From NCBI GenBank assembly GCA_951406725.2, contig OX597818.1, forward strand, positions 64,108,001 to 64,172,000: DNA of 64,000 bases. The letters run 5' to 3'. Of this stretch, positions 28,464 through 41,523 are shown piece after piece (within the stretch, counting starts at the first letter, position 1; each line of letters starts with the position of its first letter). Below the pieces are notes generated by a model. The model was not told the origin of the DNA. It made no database searches and worked only from the letters and a program-made list of their open reading frames with translations. Both the position numbers and the translations under genes were made by a program. This stretch comes from Octopus vulgaris (lineage: Eukaryota).

Positions 28464-28466
<3 letters not shown>
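28155..28466 (+). mobile_element. Element in (TA)n with three ~60-80-bp units in forward/reverse/forward order
   Basis: Unit ctgttccttctagcgtaagggagtcctatgatggaaacctctaaatg: forward at ~28155, inverted at ~28237-28298, forward at ~28299. End motif cgctaggccactgg is the reverse complement of accagtggtctagcg in the 56137-56860 element. Confidence 0.65.
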
Positions 28467-28518
<52 letters not shown>

Positions 28519-28694
28519 TATATATATATATCATTATATATTTACCAGATATATACGTTTTTATAATTTTTTGCAATTTACTTAATTATTGATATTTTAT
28601 TATTACTTTCATTTTGATATTTCTGTTATATGTAATTTTCTAGATGGTGTAATTTAATTGTTCATTTTGAATTGATAAAAGGTGTTTTTTTCTA

Positions 28695-28733
<39 letters not shown>

Positions 28734-28832
28734 TGTGTGAAATTTGATTTAGTATTTCTAAATTGAATTTTTTACGCTGTAAGCTTGGATTAATATTCCC
28801 AATTATATATATATAAATATATATATATAAAT

Positions 28833-28929
<97 letters not shown>

Positions 28930-28931
28930 CA

Positions 28932-29044
28932 CAGGCGCGAAACGTAAAATACTTTTTTCTATTCCTGAGCGTTATACTAAGAGATCTGTTTGTTTTGTAC
29001 ACCACCTGTCTTCGTCTTTTGCTTTTATTCTCGTAAACTCTCCC
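28932..29044 (+). mobile_element. Truncated copy of the TA-embedded hammerhead family seen at 41346-41510
   Basis: ggcgcGAAACGTAaaatac...ttcctgagcg...tgtttgttttgtacaccacctg aligns to the reverse complement of 41350-41468. Confidence 0.75.
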
Positions 29045-29108
<64 letters not shown>

Positions 29109-29424
29109 CATACACAAGCATATATGATGCATGCTATGTTCATAAGAAAAGTGCAACAAAACAATACACTGGAAGTTCAATTGCTGAAAAAATAGGTTAA
29201 ATCTTCACGCTCGAGTGGGACGCGTAAATGGTATGACGTTACGGTCATCAGTAATTCTTCAAATGAAAAAAAAGATGGATTGAGAATGTTTAGCATATAC
29301 AGAGAAAATAATAAGAGCGGCAGTGTAAGGAAGTATGTGTAGGTGGGCATTGTGCTTTATGGGGAATTTTGGGGATGGAAGAATGCGTCAGTATAAATAA
29401 ATTAATTAATTAATTAATTTCTAT

Positions 29425-29547
29425 ACATGCTCAAAATACGCTCCCACGAAATCCAATAACTCAAGCAGAAACCGGCTCCCTAAAAAGAAAAAAAAAATAC
29501 TCACCAGGCGCATCAAAAGACTCAATGAATAAAATCAACCAATTAAA
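29425..29547 (+). mobile_element. Isolated internal fragment of the same CR1 family as 45428-48160
   Basis: acatgctcaaaatacgctccc...agaaaccggctccctaaaaag...aggcgcatcaaaagactcaa...aatcaaccaattaaa matches the reverse complement of ~47462-47582. Confidence 0.85.
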
Positions 29548-29634
29548 CTTTTAACTCTGAAGAAAGTTGAAGATAAAATATGGAAATGAGAAAAGAAGTC
29601 CATGTTGTTTTGCCGATCCACAGACCATCATTAG

Positions 29635-30057
29635 TACTCTTTACTCTCTCTTTTATTCATTTACTTGTTTCAGTAATTTGACTGTGGTCATGCTGGAGCA
29701 CCGCCTTTAATCGAGCAACTCGACACCGGGACTTATTCTTGTGTAAGCCCAGTACTTATTATATCGGTCTCTTTTGCCGAACCGCTAAGTGACGGTGACA
29801 TAAACACACCAGCATCGGATGTCAAGCAATGCTAGGGGGACAAACACAGACACACAAACACACACACACATATATATATATATATACATGTATACGACGG
29901 GCTCATTTCAGTTTCCGTCTACCAAATCCACTAACAAGGCTTTGGTCGGCACGAGGTTATAGTAGAAGACATTTGCCCAAGGTGCCACGCAGTGGGATTG
30001 AAGCCAGAACCATGTGGTTGGTTAGCAAGCTACTAACCACACGGCCACTCCTGCGCC
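29635..30057 (-). mobile_element. CORE-like SINE family 1
   Basis: Reverse complement of the family 1 consensus, ending ...ccactcctgcgcc. Confidence 0.92.
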
Positions 30058-30793
30058 TGTACTTTACATATTTTCGTTAAATTTCACTTTCAGTGAAGTT
30101 GACCGCTAAGCACTGAAACCTACATCCTAAACGACCAGACATTTTATACCTTACAGCCTAATATTAATCTCATACAAAGCTTAGTCCTAAATGCATCTCA
30201 TTCATATAGTTTCAAACTAGACATAAAATTTCCATCAATTGTGTTACAATCTGATCATCAATATATTCGTCTACTCGCTTTATTAAACCTGTTACACCCA
30301 GGTGAATATTCGATGAATGTTTGGTTGGTACTTTGAATGAATAGATTTGATGAATTTAAAATTTCTGATATTGGTAGTAAAGATAACAAAACGGAAACTA
30401 AAAAATCTTAGCAGCGAATATTTGTGGTATTACAAAAAAATTATGCACTTGTCATCACGTTTATTTAGACAGTCACAGAAGTGTGCTGCGTTTTATATTT
30501 ATGGCATAAACATAATTTTGCTGATGTCAGTTAAAGTATAATTCATATTATGAATGACACGAGTGTGAATTCCTTTTAAACGATATTTCAGCCGATCCAA
30601 CCCTCAGGTCTACAGTGAAATGTGATTTATATGAACGACGTTTGCTACTCGTAAATCGATTTACTTAATTTCAATGAGGCTTCTGATGTGTGAATGATAC
30701 CGTTAGAGTATATTTTATTAGGCTTAATAGGTATACACGTATACATATACAAATGTGTGCACGTACAAGCAACACACACAAACACACTCACAT

Positions 30794-30831
<38 letters not shown>

Positions 30832-30883
30832 ATACAGAGAGACATACAGGCGAAAAGGGATGATTTTCGGGGAAAGAAGATAG

Positions 30884-30930
30884 ATGAAACTCATAGCATA
30901 AATATATAGGAATTTATGCTATGAGTTTCA

Positions 30931-30931
<1 letters not shown>
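30884..30931. repeat. Perfect 20-bp-arm hairpin next to (TA)n
   Basis: atgaaactcatagcataaat / atttatgctatgagtttcat with an 8-nt loop. Confidence 0.85.
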
Positions 30932-30965
<34 letters not shown>

Positions 30966-31373
30966 GGCGAAGGAGTGGCTATGTGGTAAGTAGCTTGCTT
31001 ACTAACCACATGGTTCTGGGTTCAGTCCCACTGCGCGGCACCTTGGGCAAGTGTCTTCTGCTATAGCCCCGGGCCGACCAAATCCTTGTGAGTGGATTTG
31101 GTAGACGGAAACTGAAAGAAGCCCGTCGTATACATGTATATATATATATGTGTGCATGTATGTTTGTGTGTCTGTGTTTGTCCCCCTAGCATTGCTTGAC
31201 AACCGATGCTAGTGTGTTTATGTCCCCGTCACTTAGCTGTTCGGCAAAAGAGACTGATAGAATAAGTACTGGGCTTACAAAGAATAAGTCCCGGGGTCGA
31301 GTTGCTAGATTAAAGGCGGTGCTCCAGCATGGCCGCAGTAAAATGACTAAAACAAGTAAAAGAGTAAAAGAGT
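30966..31373 (+). mobile_element. CORE-like SINE family 1
   Basis: Full head, core and gtaaaaga tail. Confidence 0.92.
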
Positions 31374-31555
31374 ATATATATATATACATACATACACACA
31401 TTCTTACATACATACATATATGCATGCATGCACACACACACATATCTATATATGGATACATACATATACATACATATATATATATATTCAAAATTAACAG
31501 AATAAGATGAAAACCCGTTGCTGTGAAAGATGTCAGAACGTTTATAAAGAGAAAG

Positions 31556-31601
31556 TCTTACAGCTGTTTCCGAGATATTTTATATATCCCACCCTCGGAG
31601 A
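31556..31601 (-). ncRNA. Degenerate hammerhead-like motif
   Basis: Minus strand reads tct-CCGAGGG-tgggatat ataaa atatctcg-GAAAC-agct-GTA-aga. Palindromic stem III ACAGCTGT; mutated 5' core. Confidence 0.5.
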
Positions 31602-32409
31602 TGGTTTGAGATAATGGTTAAACGATAGTTATTTTAGATGTGAAATAGATCGTGAAGTGGAGAAATGAAAATAGACGTTAGGTATTCAGGGATAATATAC
31701 CTGCAGTTCCATTATTTAGGAAGAATGTTATAAATATAAGATACCTCCACCTTGTGTGTATGTTGCAATAGTATTTAAAATTGGTAATTCCGAGCATAGA
31801 GTTTGCAAAGGGTGATATTGAATCATGGGCTTTTTTGAAGTGTCTTATAAGTTGTGAATGTGTTTGCAAGGTCAAATCAAAACAGGATAAGTGGAAAAAA
31901 AGGAAAGATGAAAAAGAAGAAAAGAAAAGCAGGGATAGAGATAATAAAGAAACAAAATATTTCTTGGATTTTTATCTCATTCTTCTTTTTTATATATATA
32001 CGTATGCTGATATTTGATCTACGTTGGACCCTTCATTCGCATAATCACCGAACCTGGAGCTTAAATATAGCCTATCCATAGCTCTTACTCAGCATTACCT
32101 GACACCTTTGAATCTTCTTCACATTACCTCACATACCCCTCCAAAAAAACACACACACACATATATACATATATATATTTATATATATGTATATATATAT
32201 ATATATAAATAGATGAGTGTATTTTTACCTTGTTAACAATTAACACGGAAAAAATAAATAAATAGTTACTAGGATAGCAAAAATCTCACAAGTAAAGATG
32301 TTGTAACTTCTTGTTTATAAAGGTAGGAACTTCTTGTTTACGTGGAATATTTTGAATAATATATGAGTAAATAAATACAGTTTAACGTAGGTGTAAATCA
32401 AATATTTTT

Positions 32410-32495
32410 ACTTTCGACACATCTTTCGAAAATTCCACTGATACTATTCAAAATAATAGATGTTATAAATAATGCAATCTTCTCTTCAGGAAAGC
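32410..32495 (-). ncRNA. Type I hammerhead motif (left arm)
   Basis: gctttc-CTGAAGA-gaagattgcatt...cagtggaattttc-GAAAG-atgt-GTC-gaaagt; stems I and II pair, with one stem III change. Confidence 0.65.
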
Positions 32496-33026
32496 GAAAA
32501 ACACGAAACTCGTCAATAAGACATTTTTGCAACAAATGATGGATTTGTATAGCGATTGACAGAACGCTATTAATATTGTTTAAAAAAACGTTATCTGATA
32601 TAACGTCATAAGTAGCTAACAGAAAGGGATACCAATAGTGAATGTGAAATATAAAGGAAGTTAAAGTTTAAATTATATATAATGATAGAGACTACTTATA
32701 TGCACTAAATGTGTGTTTTTGCCAATGCTTACATCTGTATGCTCGCTCTATAACCGTGTTTACTAGAGTATTTTTAGAAAAAATTATGAAAAATAGCTCA
32801 GAATTGCAGAGAAGACAGAATTCCTTGTCTTTGTCATAAATTATTGAAATTGAGACAATCAACCATTCTAAATGAAATTGTTCATTGTGGTCTTTTAAAT
32901 GCCAAATCAGTTATGACGTTATATCATATAACGTTTATTTAAACAATATTAATAGTGTTCTGTCAATCGCTATACAAATCCATCATTTGTTGCTAAAATG
33001 TCTTATTGACGAGTTTCGTTTTTTTC

Positions 33027-33112
33027 ACTTTCCTGAAGAGAAGATTGCATTGTTTATACCATTTATTCTTTTGAATAGTATCAGTGGAATTTGCGAAACA
33101 TGTGGCGAAAGT
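33027..33112 (+). ncRNA. Type I hammerhead motif (right arm)
   Basis: actttc-CTGAAGA-gaagattgcattg...cagtggaatttgc-GAAAC-atgt-GGC-gaaagt; perfect 6-bp stem I, cleavage triplet mutated. Confidence 0.65.
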
Positions 33113-33146
33113 AAACATATTTGATTTACACCTGCGTTAAACTCCA

Positions 33147-33234
<88 letters not shown>

Positions 33235-34639
33235 CGCACAAGAAAAATTTCGCTGAAAGAGAATTTAATATATTTCTTAATGCATTACTACATATGTTTC
33301 GGCATCACGTGTGTGTTTGTTGGAGTACATCACCCCATCCATGTGATATTAATAGATATTATTTATAATGACCATCGACTCCAGGCGAGTCACATAAATT
33401 TGATGTGCATACGTCCACAAGTAATTTGGCATAAATATTCTTATGATTGCCTGCTATACGTTCCAAGATATTAAGCATTATTCATCAATTAAAATGTTCT
33501 GCTGGAATAATGAGTGGTGCATTTTAATTCCTGCAAACATTTAAGTAGAGAGCGATGTCATTACAAGTCAAGAACGTCAAAAATGAGAATCTTGTTCATT
33601 AGTTACTTACCAACGCAGGTGTATATATTGAAGAAAAGGGGAAGGAAAAGAAAAGATTTTAAAATGAAGGAGATACAATTGTGAGATATATTCAGTTACT
33701 TCTGCACAACCAAGAAGTCAGCAAGAATTTAAAATAAAGACTTGAGCACGGAGAAGAGACAAAGAATCAATACAAGAGAAAAGGACGAACCACATTTCTT
33801 CGAAAGGGGTTTATAACAAGGCCACGTAAGAAACGGCAAATAAAAGTTTCATTTGATCGGTATCAGTTACATATTATTGAACTGACAACATCCGAGTTAC
33901 TTTATTCAATGAATTTGATAGTAGTAGGTATTTATGCTAGCCTCCTGTTGCACTGCCAATTACGGTTTCTTGAAGTGTGAAGATCTTAGAGCTCATAGTT
34001 CTATTGAAACATCTAATGAATAGCTGCTGCTCGTCTGTAATTTCACCAATTTGTTATACCACGGCATTTTTCATTCATGTATATTACATTGTGATCCTGT
34101 ATTGCATTTACGCTATTCTGCAAACGAGTCGTTCCGGTATCTGCGATAATTATAATCCGTTTGTCCGTACCTGATTCTAATAAAAATTATTCAATATTTA
34201 GGATCTTTATTGCCAGCGTATGTTCTAAGAGTGCTTATAGCATCTGGTTCAGGTGTTGTAGATAATTAGTTGGTGCTTATTTGGTAATATTTTCTTAAAT
34301 CTCCATGAAAAGATTTCTTAATTCTGTGCTGAAGCACACCAGGAGACGTTCACCGTAAATATATTAAAAGGACATCTTAATATGAATCTGAATGAAGTTT
34401 CTCTGTCCACTACGTTCTTACGTTCGTTAATTGCTCCTATACCAACGGTATAGGAGCAGTTAACTCAAACCAGCAGCACACCTATTGTCCTGAGGAGGTC
34501 TAATCTTAGGGTTCGCCTAACTGGCGCTCCGTTGACCTCTTATTATTATTATTCTATTTTAAACTAAATACATGGGATTGGCGTCCAACGTGAATTTCAT
34601 CAACTCTCAGAGAGTATGGTATAAAGGTTCAATTTCTGA

Positions 34640-34790
34640 AGAGCCTCTTCAATAGGGTCCCACAGACGACCTCTATTTTTACTGCGTTTACCTCAATCCT
34701 AAGTTTATTGATTAAATTATGATTAGCATCAGTACTTAGCACATTTGCAGAAATAAGCATCATTACACAAGTGTAGAGGGCCGATTGGCG
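34640..34790 (+). mobile_element. Possible highly decayed non-LTR RT fragment
   Basis: NRVPQTT...SVLSTFAEISIITQV echoes the spacing of GVPQG...FADD. Confidence 0.35.
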
Positions 34791-34896
34791 GCCACATAAT
34801 TGGGCTGAATGTCTCAACGATACCCTCCGAAGGGGCCAGATAGAATGCCGCACAAAGAGCGGCTTCAAGCCTAGTATGCGTGTGTGTGTGTGAGAG

Positions 34897-34942
<46 letters not shown>

Positions 34943-35352
34943 TGAGTGTGTGTTTGTGTATATTGATATTTATATAAGACTAAAGCTTATATGATGACTA
35001 AGAAATATAGTCTAATAATGGGGTATATAAACAGAAATATCGACAGAAACATGTGGGCTTTTCCAATCTGCGTAGGAATTGAACCCACACCTCTTTGTGA
35101 ACGCTACTAATAGTGTTACTATTGCAACAGCGAATTAGTCTCCCTGGTTCTGTCAAATTTAAGAGCTATATTAGATCGTAGTTATTTTTGTAGACAAATT
35201 TTCTATTTGCTTTCGGTGCGAATGGTTTTGTTATAAGGTGCCGTATTTTACAATCCTGTAAATAATAATAATGTTATATATATATATATATATATATGTA
35301 TTGGTGAATTGAAGAAATGGAGCTGAACGAAGATTGAACAGAAATCGTTTTA

Positions 35353-35441
35353 TTTCATTCTACACGTGTTTCGAAAGGCACAATTTACCAAAATCCGATT
35401 GAATAATGAGACCATATTGTGTCTTTCTCTTCAGGAAGAAA
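35353..35441 (-). ncRNA. Type I hammerhead ribozyme (mirror copy)
   Basis: Reverse complement of 35612-35700. Confidence 0.8.
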
Positions 35442-35611
35442 TAGGAAATCCGTTGGAAAAACAAAAACAGAACAGAGGCGGAGCAAAACAAATCGAACTA
35501 GGCTCCTAAGAGCCCATGGCAAAACTGTTTTGCCATGGGCTCTTAGGAGCCTAGTTCGATTTGTTTTGCTCCGCCTCTGTTCTGTTTTTGTTTTTTCCAA
35601 CGGATTTCCTA

Positions 35612-35700
35612 TTTCTTCCTGAAGAGAAAGACACAATATGGTCTCATTATTCAATCGGATTTTGGTAAATTGTGCCTTTCGAAACACGTGTAGAATGAAA
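35612..35700 (+). ncRNA. Type I hammerhead ribozyme with an intact canonical core
   Basis: tttcttc-CTGAAGA(35619-25)-gaaagacacaat...attgtgcctttc-GAAAC(35681-85)-acgt-GTA-gaatgaaa. Stem II pairs 11/12, stem III is the palindrome ACACGTGT, and stem I is ttc/gaa plus tttc/gaaa. Predicted cut after 35692. Confidence 0.82.
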
Positions 35701-36474
35701 TAAAACGATTTCTGTTCAATCTTCGTTCAGCTCCATTTCTTCAATTCACCAATAATATTAAAATTCAATTATCCGCACCAACGCACGGTTGCAACGCCAT
35801 ATGGTTGTACCCCCAACCGTGCTGTCTTCTGCTGTGATTTTTGCTACCAAGGTATCGGTTAAACTTTTGATTAATCTGCTACAAGATTATTCATCTTTCT
35901 ATTTCACATAATATATATATATGTATATATAAGCTTAAAGCGTACAGTTATCACCGTGCAATGAGTAAAGAAAATAGTCTAATAAAGGGGCTTATAAGTC
36001 CACGACAGAAAAAGTAGGCTTTCCTATCCGAGTGGGGGTCGCTATTGACTGGTCGTATGTAAACATCGCATTGGGTAAAAATGCACCTATACATTCTAAA
36101 GTCTGTACTTGTTTGCTGTGAATGTGCAAGCAGAATATTTAGGAGTCTTCCCATCCACGATGGGAAATAATGGCAATCTGTCGCAAATCTAAACACTCTA
36201 TTTCACGGATTATACGGGGAGAAATCCAAAGTTAATCTCCGTCGCCGGAATTCTAACGACAACAAAAAAATTCAAAGGTGATTCATAAATACAAAATCAA
36301 TATTCACTAAACAGACATAATGTTGCCCATTTTCCCCTGATTAACTCTTTCGTAATCCTCAAAAATATCGTGACCATTGGCCCTGCCGTTGGACCATGTA
36401 AAGAAACCGACAAACAGACGGACATAACGACCATTATATCAATATATATACATATATATATATATATATATTTG

Positions 36475-36511
<37 letters not shown>

Positions 36512-36546
36512 GTATATGTATATATATGTATATATATATATATGTA

Positions 36547-36630
<84 letters not shown>

Positions 36631-36759
36631 TAACTTTGGCATCGGGAGTTACACAATTGCCAGAACAGGGCGCCACTGCGTGGTGCCAAAGACTCCAAAT
36701 TTGCCATCAAGATGTAGGATAAGATACTGTGATAGCCTGGGCTTCCGAGGCCCACAGAA

Positions 36760-36843
36760 ATAAATAGATAAATATATAGACAGATAGATAGATAGTTAGA
36801 TAGATAGACAGACAGACAAACAGACAGATAGATAGATAGATAA

Positions 36844-36903
<60 letters not shown>

Positions 36904-36905
36904 TT

Positions 36906-37002
<97 letters not shown>

Positions 37003-37005
37003 ATA
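36760..37005. repeat. (GATA)n/(GACA)n microsatellite
   Basis: Seen directly; explains the YLSI repeat ORFs. Confidence 0.95.
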
Positions 37006-37855
37006 TAGAAATGCATGTATGTATGTATATACTATTACATTCCTCTTTACGAATATTAATATTTATGTTGCTGCTCCCTTCGGAATCTCTTGTTGATACA
37101 AACATAAATGCAGCAAATTTAAATGGCTCCTTACTGCTGCGTCTTGCATTTGTTGGCGCGAATCAGTAAATCATATGTCTCAACATGTAATATTGTTCTT
37201 TGTTCAAATAGCTATTAGGTGCGCTTCATAGACACGAGTATCTCGTCTTCGTCTTCTGTTCTTTTCGAGCCCACGTTTAAGTTCAGCTCTAAATTGCATT
37301 TTCTTTATAACAATTGTTCGTTTGCAATCACGTCAAAAATCGTATAACTTTCTTTTACGTGTCAGCTAGGAAGAAGAATTATATTGATCACATGACCTCA
37401 GGGTAACTGGTTTAAATAATGACTAGCTTATATTATCAACGGAGATCTCCTTCGCTATCCGGATGTAATATTATATCAACAAAAGTTTTGTTGTGTCTCT
37501 GTCCATGCCCGATTGATTATCATGTGCGTACACGGTTTGGAATAATTTCCTGTGTTTTGTAATGTAATAATTTTCGTTCTGCTCCCCGGGCATACAGTTG
37601 TACGTTTTTGAGGCAATTTTCATTTAAATGGAGGAAGATATATTGCAAAAGTTTTCTTTGCTTCATGTTTTGTTGCATATTCTAACATAGTCTGTCTTCC
37701 TGTAATGTTATGCTCCATATAGTATATCAGTTAATAATAAGTCGGAGCGTCTGTTTTTCGTTCTGCTGTTCGTTGTTTTCATGTGATACAGAAAAGTTCA
37801 AGTTCGCAAACAGAAAAAAGTAACGGCAACAACAACAACAATAATAAAAGGAAAC

Positions 37856-38598
<743 letters not shown>

Positions 38599-38614
38599 AT
38601 AATAATAATAATAA

Positions 38615-39232
38615 ACTGGTGGGAACACAATCCACCTCCAGTGCTTGAAAATGACCACATATCACTCATCTGGAACTTCACCATTCAAACTGATAGGAAG
38701 ATAGATGCAAATAGGCCAGACATCATATTGAAATACTTCAGACAAAGAACATGCCTCCTCATTGATATGACTATCCCATTCGATATAAACGTATCTGTCA
38801 AGACCTACCAAAAACTAAGCAAATATAAAGATTTGAAATAGAAATCAGCAAAATGTGGAAGCTGAAGACTAAAACAATACCTGTTGTCATAGTTGCCCTG
38901 GGAATGATAGCGAAAGGGACTGATTGCTACCTAACTCAGATACCAGTAAACCCCAAAATGGCAGAAATTCAAAAGATAGTGCTCATGGGAACTGCTCAGA
39001 TCCTACGCAAAATACACTCTATGTAATCCCAAGGTTTAAAACAAACTTTTTTTTTATTTATTTATTTATCATTTTTAAAATTTTTATTTTTATGTATTAA
39101 ACATTCACTAGTACAACACCAAAAAAAAAAACCCCAATTATTTGGCACAGAACTTCCAACCTGTTGTCTCTTGAGGTCTCTGGGTGAAACTTGGAGCAAA
39201 CTTGTACAGACATAACGCACAAGTCAAACATA

Positions 39233-39233
<1 letters not shown>
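38615..39233 (+). mobile_element. 3' fragment of an R4/Dong-like RLE non-LTR retrotransposon
   Basis: WWEHNPPPVLENDHISLIWNFTIQTDRKIDANRPDIILK...CLLIDMTIP.D...KLSKYKDL...IPVVIVALG has the PD-(D/E)xK restriction-like endonuclease pattern. A 3' UTR then runs into (TAA)n. Confidence 0.85.
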
Positions 39234-39560
<327 letters not shown>

Positions 39561-40740
39561 ACAATCTGGAAAGAAATGGCAGAAAATTTAAAGCTGAGTA
39601 CTTGCGCAGACTGAACCTGGTCATTAAGTCGAAATTAAACGGACGGAATAAGATTAAATATATCAACTACACCTGGGCGGTTTCACTCCGTAGATATGGA
39701 GCAGGGGTAATCGCATGAACAGTATACAACTAAACAGTTTAGAGAGAACGATGAGGATGTTGCTCACTAGATATTGGATACTCCATCCAAAATGTGATAC
39801 GTAACAGACAGACTGTATGTAACGACAAATAGTGGGGGAAAGAGAACTGATTGGACGCAAACACGGCGTTAGAACAGAAGAAAAACAACATAGTATGGCA
39901 TGAAAAATGTGTCATAGTAGCGCTTATCTCGGACATAAGAAGGTTAAGCTTGTGTAGTATGGGCTATTGCAAAGATAAAGCACTGTACAACGACTTGAGA
40001 TAGATGGAAACTGAAAATAGATGGATACAGAAAGGAATGGGGGAATAACTTCATTGGGATGTTGAAGATAAGACAGACAGAGAGAAAATGGCTATGGGTA
40101 AATAAAAGTGATTTAATACGGGAAACGGAGGGTCTAATCTGTGCTGCCCAAGAGCAAACGTGAAGAAGCAATTGCATCAAATACAGAATAGACAACACAT
40201 CACAAAGTGATAAGTGCAGAATTTGTGGGCAAAATAGTGAAACTGTATGGCATATTTCCAGTCAAAGTACGCCTCTAACCAAGAAAGAGTATAAGAGACG
40301 TCAGGACAATATAGCAAAGATTGTCCATTGGGCACTGTTCATCAAGTATGGACTTGACAGAGCAAACATGTGGTACGAACATAAACACAAAGGCATCATC
40401 GAAAATGATAATGCAAAGATCCTATGGAATTCTATAAATTCAGTGAAACCATGAGATAGAGAATAAGAAACCAGGAATAGTATTAATTAAGAAAGAAAGC
40501 GAACGATGCCGGCTTATAGATTATAGCATACCTAGATGACAACAGGGTATGCGATAAGGAAGAAAGAAAAGTCGATAAATATAACAGTTTAGCGTTTGTC
40601 GCTGGAAATGGTGGTACTAGTACCAGTAATTGCCGTAGCCTTGGGAACAGTGAGTAAAAATCTTGAGAAGTACATGGAAGAAATAGGGGGTTCAATAAGA
40701 GTGGAGCACTTGCAGAAAGCAGCACGGCGTTGAAAAGCTC
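39561..40740 (+). mobile_element. Older, decayed R4/Dong-like ORF fragment (post-RT, zinc knuckle, RLE)
   Basis: EYLRRLNLVIKSKLNGRNKIK, LHPKCD, ETEGLICAAQEQ, DKCRICGQNSETVWHI, WYEHK..GIIENDNAKILW, VPVIAVALG, with many stops and frameshifts. Confidence 0.85.
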
Positions 40741-41295
40741 GATGTATTGTATCACAAGCACACGATGCAACGAACATTATATTAGGGGAAAAAACGAAAC
40801 GAACCAACCTTCCAAATGTGCACTGTCATTAAATGAAACAACCTGAACTTAGATGCATACAATGTAACAATCATTTGGACACCTGTGTGTGTATACATAT
40901 GTGTGTATAGACACACATATGTAAATAGGAAGTGTGAGTGAGGGAGATATGTGTCAGTAAGAGGATGTGCATATGTGCGTGTGAATTAAACGAAATAATT
41001 CTGTATAATGTTGCACTCACTTTACAATTTTTCCTCTTCATAAAATATGTGAAGAGAACGACCTTCTCCGGAGGGCAAAATAAGCATATTTCATAAGATT
41101 TATGAGTCCGAAAGTAAACCGGAAATAGTCGACAATTTTATTGAAAATGTTAGGAACTGAAAGCGCTTGCACATTTTTAAAAGTAAAGCATACACACTTT
41201 TTGTGAAATCACTTTCCAATGGTTAGCAACTTTCGACTTTCTAATAAGGTTCTTTTCTCAATCTTAACTATCCGAGAAAAAATATATACACCCCC

Positions 41296-41345
<50 letters not shown>

Positions 41346-41352
<7 letters not shown>

Positions 41353-41510
41353 CGGGAAGCTTTATGAAAATAAACAAAAGATGAAGGCAGGTGGAGTACA
41401 AACAAACAATTGTATTAGTATGGCGCTCAGGAATATAAATAAAACAAGTCTTTTACGTTTCGAGCCTACGCTCTTCAACAGAAAGATACACAGAAAAGAA
41501 ACACGGAGAT
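41346..41510 (-). mobile_element. TA-embedded short element with a minimal hammerhead-like motif (41449-41486)
   Basis: Minus strand reads tcttt-CTGTTGA-a-gagc gtag gctc-GAAAC-GTA-aaaga; 5-bp stem I, 4-bp stem II, ACGT stem III. Second copy at 28932. Confidence 0.7.
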
Positions 41511-41523
41511 ATATATATATATA

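Larger units (their letters stand above)
32209..33158. mobile_element. PLE-like element with ~245-bp inverted arms and a ~300-bp spacer, between (TA)n tracts
   Basis: 32366-32611 is the reverse complement of 32911-33158. Each arm carries a hammerhead motif. The unique tail 32209-32365 has the ttttgcta motif on the minus strand. Confidence 0.8.
35299..35910 (+). mobile_element. PLE-like foldback element: 456-bp near-perfect palindrome plus ~155-bp tail, in (TA)n
   Basis: 35299-35525 pairs with 35527-35754 (centre 35526; only one homopolymer indel seen). The tail carries ttttgctaccaaggtatcggtt. Confidence 0.85.

Noticed and set aside
35385-35687. Mirror-image ORFs on both strands (also 44023-44341)
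   Set aside because: A by-product of the palindromes; no protein similarity recognised.
36300-36440. Helentron/DINE-like terminus
   Set aside because: Only a loose resemblance (gacaaacagacggaca before TA); no subterminal inverted repeat or hairpin confirmed.
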